NCBI GenBank assembly: GCA_000166095.1
Contig: CP002278.1
Coordinates: 780,001 to 812,000, forward strand
Length of the DNA: 32,000 nt
Source: Methanothermus fervidus DSM 2088
GTDB taxonomy: Archaea; Methanobacteriota; Methanobacteria; DSM-2088; Methanothermaceae
Direction of reading: 5' to 3'
The notes below the pieces were generated by a model, which had not been told where the DNA came from, did not search any database, and was given only the letters and a program-made list of their open reading frames with translations. A program made the translations under genes and the position numbers. Below are positions 19,152-25,819 of the stretch, piece after piece (the stretch's first letter is position 1; the number at the start of each line of letters is the position of its first letter).

Positions 19152-20239
19152 TTTATATTACATGGATGTATAATCCCACTTCTTATTAGATGATCAGCTA
19201 TAACTATTGCAGCTGATGCTTCTGCAACAGGTACAATTCTTGGACAAATGCATGGGTCATGTCTACCTTCTATTTTTATTTTTGTTTCTTCCATTTTCTC
19301 TAAATCGACAGTTTTTTGAGGTATTGATATTGAAGGTGTTGGTTTGACAGCCATTCTTAATATTATTGGCATCCCATTAGATATTCCACCCAATATGCCT
19401 CCAGAATTATTTGTCACGGTTTTTATTTTATTTTTATCTAAATAAAATTCATCATTGACCTCGCTGCCCATATGTCTAGCAACTTCAAATCCCATACCTA
19501 TTTCAACGCCTTTAACAGATCCTATACCCATTATTGCATGAGCTAAATCTGCATCTAATTTTGAAAATACTGGATCTCCAACCCCTGGAGGTACACCTAA
19601 AATAACTAATTCTACAATCCCTCCAATAGAATTTCCTTCTTTTTTTACTTTTAATATTAACTCTTCCATTTTTTTGGCAGTATTTTTGTCTATACACCTT
19701 ACAGAATTTTTAAAACGTTCTTTTCTTTTTGAATAATCAATTTTTCCTGCTTTTATGTTTCCAACTTGTATTACATGTGCAAATACTTCAATGTTAACAG
19801 TTTTAAGTAACTTTTTTGCAACAGCTCCTCCAATTACATGTCCTATTGTAACTCTACCGCTGCCTCTTCCACCACCACGATAATCATAATGCCCATATCT
19901 TTTTATCCAACCATAATCTCCGTGACCGGGCCTTGGTTTATTCTTTAATTTTTCGTATGCAGAAGAATCAACATCTTTATTATACACCAAAGCTGCAATT
20001 GGAGTACCATCTGTTTTACCATTGAAAACTCCTGATAATATCTCAACCTTATCAGGTTCTTTTCTAGGGGTCGTTATTTTGCTAATCCCAGGCCTTCTTT
20101 TATCTAATTCTTTCTGAATATCTTTTTCACTCAACTCTAAGCCAGCCGGACATCCATCAATGACAGCGCCTAATGCTTTCCCATGGCTAGATCCAAACGT
20201 TGTTACTCTAAACATTTTTCCAATAGTATTTCCTGGCAT
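19133..20239 (-). CDS. aroC: Chorismate synthase
   Basis: [42 protein letters not shown] and GRHDPC motifs. The 3' tail overlaps the tRNA on the opposite strand by 19 nt. Confidence 0.95.
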   Translation of the reverse strand: MPGNTIGKMFRVTTFGSSHGKALGAVIDGCPAGLELSEKDIQKELDKRRPGISKITTPRKEPDKVEILSGVFNGKTDGTPIAALVYNKDVDSSAYEKLKNKPRPGHGDYGWIKRYGHYDYRGGGRGSGRVTIGHVIGGAVAKKLLKTVNIEVFAHVIQVGNIKAGKIDYSKRKERFKNSVRCIDKNTAKKMEELILKVKKEGNSIGGIVELVILGVPPGVGDPVFSKLDADLAHAIMGIGSVKGVEIGMGFEVARHMGSEVNDEFYLDKNKIKTVTNNSGGILGGISNGMPIILRMAVKPTPSISIPQKTVDLEKMEETKIKIEGRHDPCICPRIVPVAEASAAIVIADHLIRSGIIHPCNIKASGGI

Positions 20240-20393
20240 AGTATCCCCAGACTTAATATACTACTCCTGACTAAGTGGAAATGTATTTTTCACAATCTTT
20301 TCTTTTATTTTAAAAATATACAAACTCTCTTTTATTTCTTCTTTCTCCAAATGCAATAATATATAGAAAATTTATTAATCCTTACTTTTCTTT

Positions 20394-20552
20394 ATGTCAT
20401 ATATCTATACATATAAATCCAGACTTTATCCAAGTAAAGAACAGGAAGACAAGCTATTGAAAAGTTTAGAGATTTGTAGGAATGTTTATAATTATTTTCT
20501 AACATCTAACATAAGAATTAAGTCTATATGTATAGTATTGTTGAAGAGATAA
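20394..20552 (+). pseudogene. tnpB: Truncated tnpB (IS200/IS605-family OrfB) remnant, N-terminal signature only
   Basis: The 52-codon ORF MSYIYTYKSRLYPSKEQEDKLLKSLEICRNVYNYFLTSNIRIKSICIVLLKR* carries the hallmark TnpB N-terminus (Y-K-x-R-L-Y-P-x-K-E-Q-x4-L-x5-C-R-x-V-Y-N) and then terminates. It lies in an otherwise unexplained 400-nt spacer. Confidence 0.6.
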
Positions 20553-20637
20553 GGTAGCTCTGATCACTTGTTTAGGAGAATGCTCTACTCAGGACTATAC
20601 TTTTTCTTGATGAAGCTGGAAGCTCCACAAGGGTGGC

Positions 20638-21393
20638 TCACTGTCTGTAACCATGAGCAAAATCTCCATTATAAAGTTTTGAACGTTTAAAATCTTTTGC
20701 TTCTAAGATTTTACCAACTATTATTATTGCAGATCTCTTTATTCCTTTATTTTCAACCTTTTCAACAATATTCTCTAAGGTACCTTGTAAAATAGTTTCA
20801 TCTTCCCATGATGCGTTTTTAACTACTGCAACAGGAGTATTTGGTGGATAATGCTTTAACAGCTTATCCACAATTTCTCTGATTTTATGTACACCAAGAA
20901 ATATACACATAGTAGCTCTATGTTTTGCTAACTTTTCTATATCTTCTCGTTTGGGAACTGGAGTTCTTCCAGCAGGTCTTGTTATTATAACAGTTTGAGA
21001 AATTTCCGGCAGTGTTAATTCAACTTTTAAAGCTGCCGCAGCTGCGAATAATGAACTTACTCCAGGTATTATTTCATATGGTATACCTCTTTTATCTAAC
21101 TCCCTCATTTGTTCTGCGATAGCTCCATATATTGAAGGATCCCCAGTATGGATTCTAGCAATTATTTTATTTTCCTTAGCTTTATCTTCAATTATCTCTA
21201 TTATTTCCTCCAATGTCATAGATGCACTATTGTAGACTTCTGCATCATCTCTTGCAAATTCTAAAATTTTTTCATTCACTAATGATCCTGCATATATGAT
21301 TACATCAGCTTTTTTTATTATTTTATAAGCTTTAAGAGTTAACAATTCAGGATCTCCAGGACCACCACCAATAAAAAATACCTTTCCATGCAT
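20638..21393 (-). CDS. cbiF: Cobalt-precorrin-4 / precorrin-4 C11-methyltransferase
   Basis: VFFIGGGPGDPELLTLKA....ADVIIYAGSLV, HTGDPSIYGA, GVSS and the C-terminal FAHGYR motif. Confidence 0.9.
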   Translation of the reverse strand: MHGKVFFIGGGPGDPELLTLKAYKIIKKADVIIYAGSLVNEKILEFARDDAEVYNSASMTLEEIIEIIEDKAKENKIIARIHTGDPSIYGAIAEQMRELDKRGIPYEIIPGVSSLFAAAAALKVELTLPEISQTVIITRPAGRTPVPKREDIEKLAKHRATMCIFLGVHKIREIVDKLLKHYPPNTPVAVVKNASWEDETILQGTLENIVEKVENKGIKRSAIIIVGKILEAKDFKRSKLYNGDFAHGYRQ

Positions 21394-21395
21394 TT

Positions 21396-21647
21396 TTACA
21401 CCCTATAGAATAAAATATAAGCTAGTATCATCAATATTATCGCAAGTACAACTCCCAATATCGCCATCTGACGGTCACTGCCAAATATAATTGGAATAGG
21501 GCCTATCATTACAACTCCGCCAGTTTTCACTTCAGATTTCCCAGTTTTAGAAACACTAGCATATTGAAGAATACTTCCAACAATTACTAACAACATTCCA
21601 AGGAATACAATGACAATCCCAAATAACACTACTAGATCGGCTCGCAT
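21396..21647 (-). CDS. Small two-TM membrane protein (DUF131/TIGR00304-like)
   Basis: Two hydrophobic helices flank the GGVVMIGPIPIIFGSD motif. ATG 21647 with AGGTG upstream is preferred over the track's GTG 21656. Tightly linked upstream of cbiF. Confidence 0.5.
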   Translation of the reverse strand: MRADLVVLFGIVIVFLGMLLVIVGSILQYASVSKTGKSEVKTGGVVMIGPIPIIFGSDRQMAILGVVLAIILMILAYILFYRV

Positions 21648-21694
21648 ATTTGACACCTATGTTTATTGCTACAACTGTGTGTTAAGTGAAACTA

Positions 21695-22159
21695 TTAATC
21701 TTTTATTTTGTATTTTGCATTTTTTTCCTTTATTATATCCATTTCAACCATTGCATTGAGAATTTCCTTTAACCATTCTTTTGAACATAATTTTTCTTCA
21801 CAGAAGAAATAGTCACATGGACAAGATATCTTATTTTTTATTTCTTTTTTATCCATCCAATCTCCTGACTTTGACAATATATCATATACTGCCAGACACC
21901 ATAAAGACTTTTCCTTGACTTCATCTTCTACATCTATAGTTTCTATTTCACCTTTTAAATTTTTGGCAAATTTTTTGACTTTATCTATTTCACATTCTGG
22001 TACAAGTGTTAATGCCTTTATTTCTTCCCTTAAAAAATATATGCCTCTATGAACCTCAAATTTGTCTTGTCTAAGTATTAATCCACCTATATCTTCTATG
22101 AATTCTTCAAATTCATCGTACTTATAAACACCACCTGTAAACAAAACTAATTCATACAT
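21695..22159 (-). CDS. Hypothetical protein with a C-terminal CPC-x4-C-x4-C cysteine cluster
   Basis: Good coding composition. ATG 22159 (MYELVLF) is preceded by GGGGAA; the track's TTG 22174 is unlikely. I recognise no family. Confidence 0.5.
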   Translation of the reverse strand: MYELVLFTGGVYKYDEFEEFIEDIGGLILRQDKFEVHRGIYFLREEIKALTLVPECEIDKVKKFAKNLKGEIETIDVEDEVKEKSLWCLAVYDILSKSGDWMDKKEIKNKISCPCDYFFCEEKLCSKEWLKEILNAMVEMDIIKEKNAKYKIKD

Positions 22160-22250
22160 ATCTACATTCCCCAAAAACTTATATAATTTTTTGACTTAAT
22201 TTGTGTATTTGTATATTAAGATTTGAAATTATTTACTTATTAAGGTAGGG

Positions 22251-23033
22251 GTGGGTTTCTTGAACATCAAGAAATACCTCCTACTAGCTTTAGTTCTGTC
22301 TTTGCCATTTACATTTAGCTTTAGCTATGGATGGAAAGAAGAATCTCATCGCTACATAGTTGAATTGATCTACAACAACCTACCTTCTGAATATCAAAGC
22401 AAAATTGACCTCGAAGCTATGAAGGAGGGTTCAACAGCCCCTGACTTAAAATTTAAGGACTTTAAAAAACACCATTTCCCTCCAGCTTATTATGAAGCTA
22501 AGAAATGGCTTAATAAAGGCAAAGATGCCTGGAAGAAAGGAAATTACAAATATGCAAGTTATTGCTTTGGAGTTGCAACTCACTATATATCTGATTCTTT
22601 CTGTGCACCGCATTACGTCTCAGGAGAGTCAAAAAAGGATCATGAGATGTATGAGTCTCAAGTTATTGATTATATTCCAACTATCAGGTATATTCCAGGA
22701 GATCTCTATACTTTGATGTCATCAGGTGTCTCCACACAAGAAGAATGGGATGCATGGTTAAAAACTAGAGATCCAAATATACCTAGAAAACATTTTGATA
22801 AGGCTGCATCAGTTGCATATTCTGCGATAAAAGATACTATAGATCCTATAGAAGGCAAAGACAAAAGAGGCTATTACCCATCTAATACAAATACAACTAT
22901 AGAACAAAAACCACTGTTCAATAATTCAGAAACAATCCCAACAAAAAAAACTGGCGTACCTCTCGCTCCACTACTGCTCAGTGCATTAATGATGGCGGTT
23001 GTAGCTATATACACAAGATACTTTAGACCTTAG
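22251..23033 (+). CDS. Exported, C-terminally anchored zinc phospholipase C / S1-P1 nuclease superfamily protein
   Basis: Signal peptide (LLLALVLSLPFTFSFSYG|W). The predicted mature N-terminus WKEESH matches the W1...H6 ligand spacing. Also APD, HHF, HYISDSFCAPH (H-x3-D-x5-H) and HEMYE (H-x3-E). An N-x-T/S-rich stalk, then a TM helix plus basic tail (PLAPLLLSALMMAVVAIYTRYFRP). Confidence 0.6.
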   Translation: MGFLNIKKYLLLALVLSLPFTFSFSYGWKEESHRYIVELIYNNLPSEYQSKIDLEAMKEGSTAPDLKFKDFKKHHFPPAYYEAKKWLNKGKDAWKKGNYKYASYCFGVATHYISDSFCAPHYVSGESKKDHEMYESQVIDYIPTIRYIPGDLYTLMSSGVSTQEEWDAWLKTRDPNIPRKHFDKAASVAYSAIKDTIDPIEGKDKRGYYPSNTNTTIEQKPLFNNSETIPTKKTGVPLAPLLLSALMMAVVAIYTRYFRP

Positions 23034-23034
23034 A

Positions 23035-23056
23035 TTTTTTCTTTTTAAAGTTTTTT
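23035..23056 (+). terminator. Triple oligo-T terminator after the PLC/P1-like gene
   Basis: T6, T5 and T6 runs lie within 25 nt immediately after the stop codon at 23031-23033. Confidence 0.45.
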
Positions 23057-23169
23057 AGATTTCTATACTATTTTAGTCTAGACCTTGAAGCTATGAAAGA
23101 AGTTCAATAACTCTCAGTCCCAGATGAGGCTAACATATTTAAAAGAAATAAAATATGACATTTCCAGGG

Positions 23170-23198
23170 AAAATTAAAATAACGTCAATTTTAATTTT
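23170..23198. promoter_or_regulatory. Perfect 11-bp inverted repeat (aaaattaaaat-N7-attttaatttt) upstream of modA; candidate operator
   Basis: Read directly from the sequence. The arms at 23170-23180 and 23188-23198 are exact reverse complements. It lies about 60 nt upstream of the candidate modA TATA box. Confidence 0.3.
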
Positions 23199-23257
23199 AA
23201 AGAGATTCTAAAATTCTATTTATTTTATTTTTTATACGTTTTTACTTTATATTTAGT

Positions 23258-23273
23258 CGAAATGTTTATATTT
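23258..23273 (+). promoter_or_regulatory. Candidate BRE/TATA promoter of modAB
   Basis: CGAAATGTTTATATTT (BRE-like CGAAA plus TTTATAT box) lies about 45-60 nt upstream of ATG 23318. An AGGAGG ribosome-binding motif sits at 23305-23310. Confidence 0.4.
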
Positions 23274-23317
23274 GCTTATCACTTTTAATTATATGTATAT
23301 CGTTAGGAGGCTAAAAA

Positions 23318-24103
23318 ATGAAAAAAGAAATTGGAATCATTGTTTTAGCGGCTATAATCATTGCCATTGTTGGATTATATGCAACAGGATTTTTTGAAAC
23401 AAAACACGAAACAATAACAGTCTATGCAGGAGCCGGATTGATGAAAGCCGTAAATGAAATGAAGTCAGAATTTGAAAAATCAAATCCAGGAGTTACTGTG
23501 AACGTTAGGTATGGATCTGGTGCTGAGATCGTAAGTTTATTGAAAACACAGAAATCTGCAGATGTACTAATTGCTCCAGCAAATGATTATATGAAAACAG
23601 CGATAAAAGATGGATTAATAAAACAAGAAACCGTAAGGAATGTTACAAAACACGTACCTGTTTTAATTGTGCGTAAAGGTAACCCTAAGAATATTAAATC
23701 TATTTATGATCTCACAAAACCAGGCATAAGAGTAGCTGTTGGAGATCCAAAAAGTCCAGCAATAGGAAAAAAGACGTGGAAAATATTGAAAAAAGCAGGG
23801 ATAGAAAAAGAAGTGGAAAAAAACATTGTAGCTAAAACGGGCACTGTCAATGAGTTATTGACATATGTTGCAACAGGACAAGCAGATGCAGCAATAATAT
23901 GGGAAGACATGGCAACATGGAGTGAAGCACAAGGTAAAATTGAAGTTATACCAATACCAAAAGATATTAATGCTATAGACACTGTTTCTATAGGGGTGAC
24001 CACCTGCACAAAGAATTACAAATTGGCTAAAAGTTTTGAAGATTTTGTTTTAAGTCCAAAAGGCAAATCAATTTGGCAAAAATGGGGATTTAAAGTTTTA
24101 TGA
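23318..24103 (+). CDS. modA: Molybdate/tungstate ABC transporter substrate-binding protein (ModA family), N-terminal TM anchor
   Basis: ITVYAGAGL..AVNE....F, VRYGSGAE, ADVLIAPAN, VAVGDPKSPAIGK and TGQADAAIIWE match the type II periplasmic-binding-protein ModA pattern. Confidence 0.8.
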   Translation: MKKEIGIIVLAAIIIAIVGLYATGFFETKHETITVYAGAGLMKAVNEMKSEFEKSNPGVTVNVRYGSGAEIVSLLKTQKSADVLIAPANDYMKTAIKDGLIKQETVRNVTKHVPVLIVRKGNPKNIKSIYDLTKPGIRVAVGDPKSPAIGKKTWKILKKAGIEKEVEKNIVAKTGTVNELLTYVATGQADAAIIWEDMATWSEAQGKIEVIPIPKDINAIDTVSIGVTTCTKNYKLAKSFEDFVLSPKGKSIWQKWGFKVL

Positions 24104-24113
24104 GGGTCTAAAG

Positions 24114-24878
24114 ATGAAATTTAAACATGTTCTTATTTTCTTTTCTTTTTTAGTTATAATATTGTTTTTTGTTACATTGACAAGTTTATTTGGAATGATA
24201 GATACAAAGAAATTTCTTACATCAGTTTTTTCCTATGAAATGCTATATTCGATAAAATTAACAATTTTAACATCTGTTTGTGCGACTTCATTAACAATGT
24301 GTACAGCTATACCTGTTTCATATGCTATGAGTAGGTATAAATTGCCATTTAAAAAATTAGGCAGAAGTATTTTAGTTGTTCCAATAGCATTGCCGGAATT
24401 AGTAGTTGGAGTTGCATTGGTATTATTATTCAGTCCTGATCATTTAGGTAGAATTATACCTTTAAGTTTTACAGTTCCTGGAATAATTTTAGCCCAATTC
24501 TTTGTTGCACTACCTTATGCAATTAGAATATTACATACGACTTTCAACTATATAGATGAACGTTATGAATTTGTTGCAAGATCTTTAGGATGTTCTGAAT
24601 TTGGAGCTTTTAGACGTGTGACACTACCATTAGCAAAAAATGGTATATTAGCATCATCTATCATAGCTTTTGCGAAATCTATGGGTGCATTTGGTGCAGT
24701 ACTAATGATGGGGGGAGGAACCTACTTAAAAACTGAAACATTGCCAATCACTGTATATTTGAACATGTCTTATGGTAATTTAGACATGGCAATTTCAGCT
24801 GCTTGTGTGTTGTTAATCATTTCATTCGCAATTCTAATAATAATTGAAAAGTATTTTAAGAATGTTCCTGTTTATTGA
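24114..24878 (+). CDS. modB: Molybdate/tungstate ABC transporter permease (ModB family)
   Basis: Six hydrophobic segments and the EAA-type loop YIDERYEFVARSLGCSEFGAFRRVTLPLAKNGI. Confidence 0.8.
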   Translation: MKFKHVLIFFSFLVIILFFVTLTSLFGMIDTKKFLTSVFSYEMLYSIKLTILTSVCATSLTMCTAIPVSYAMSRYKLPFKKLGRSILVVPIALPELVVGVALVLLFSPDHLGRIIPLSFTVPGIILAQFFVALPYAIRILHTTFNYIDERYEFVARSLGCSEFGAFRRVTLPLAKNGILASSIIAFAKSMGAFGAVLMMGGGTYLKTETLPITVYLNMSYGNLDMAISAACVLLIISFAILIIIEKYFKNVPVY

Positions 24879-25680
24879 AAACTTTCATATTATTTTTTCT
24901 GTAATCATTTAAAGATCTTCTTTTCATTTTTCCATCAGGAAAAACTGTTATCCATGTCTTTATTTTCTTTTTAGGAAGAGTTTCACGCCTACAGCTTTTA
25001 CTTAAAAATACATTTTTAAGATATTTTTTAGCTATTTTATATGCATTGAGCATTTCAGAATAAGTAGGTTCTCTTGAAAAATTTTTAATGGGCCTGTATG
25101 GATTTATTCTGTACTCTATTTCTGGATTTAATTTTGATAGAAATCTTGCTATATTCTTAATTTCTTTTTCTTCAACCCATCCAGGAATATATATTGTCTT
25201 AATTATTAAGTTAATATCTTTTTTACAAATGTTTTTCAAATTTCTCAAAATCCTTTTGTTTGAAAATCCAGTATATTTTTTATGTATTTTTTCGTCAAAT
25301 GCCTTTAAATCAAGCATTATTCCATCTAAACCTGCCTTTATTAATTCATCAACATACTTATCATCTAGTAAATAACCATTGGATTCTATGATTATTTGGG
25401 AAGATCTCAAAGATGAAATAAGTTTTTTTAAATATTTTTTATTTAAGGTAGGCTCCCCACCAGTTATTATAATTTCTTTAGGTAAATCACCATAGTAACT
25501 TCTTGATGAATCCTCAACTAATTTTACGAGTTCTTTAACTGTCATTGGTTTACCAACAATGTCCTTTGCAATGCTAAAACAACCTAAACAATTAAAATTA
25601 CAACCTGACAATGTTATCCAAACTCTTGGTGAAATTTCAGATAAAGTTATAAAAGGAACATGTCTTTTTCCTTTAAACAA
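24856..25680 (-). CDS. Radical SAM protein (PflA/activase-like, COG1180-type)
   Basis: WITLSGCNFNCLGCFS (CX3CX2C), ITGGEPTL, and a TIM-barrel-like remainder. TTG start with GGTG upstream. The 3' end overlaps modB by 23 nt (convergent). Divergently transcribed from the CobN-like gene. Confidence 0.75.
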   Translation of the reverse strand: MFKGKRHVPFITLSEISPRVWITLSGCNFNCLGCFSIAKDIVGKPMTVKELVKLVEDSSRSYYGDLPKEIIITGGEPTLNKKYLKKLISSLRSSQIIIESNGYLLDDKYVDELIKAGLDGIMLDLKAFDEKIHKKYTGFSNKRILRNLKNICKKDINLIIKTIYIPGWVEEKEIKNIARFLSKLNPEIEYRINPYRPIKNFSREPTYSEMLNAYKIAKKYLKNVFLSKSCRRETLPKKKIKTWITVFPDGKMKRRSLNDYRKNNMKVFNKQEHS

Positions 25681-25819
25681 TGCCTACACCATTTTATTAT
25701 ATTTTTTATTTGGATTTTTTATTTTCTTTGTTGTTAAGAAAATATTTATATATTATAAAGTATATTTTAAAATGAAAAATATTTGAAAATTATTAAAAAT
25801 AAATTGAAAGGGAAGAGAG

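Noticed and set aside
19512-19697. 61-aa minus-strand ORF within aroC, and the 74-aa plus-strand ORF 22492-22716 within the PLC/P1-like gene
   Set aside because: Both are alternative frames nested in genes with strong family motifs. They have no start-site signals.
20275-20293. Possible relationship between the hairpin gtggaaa-N5-ttttcac here and the ttttcac-N5-gtgaaaa palindrome at 4917-4935 (a shared repeat family)
   Set aside because: The arms are in opposite order, so the two are not the same element on either strand. A shared AT-rich 7-mer is not significant in this genome.
20606-20640. UGAUGA (C-box-like) sequence suggesting a C/D box sRNA near the cbiF stop
   Set aside because: No properly spaced CUGA D or D' box, and no terminal pairing, could be found on either strand. 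The region is better explained as the tail of the TnpB remnant.
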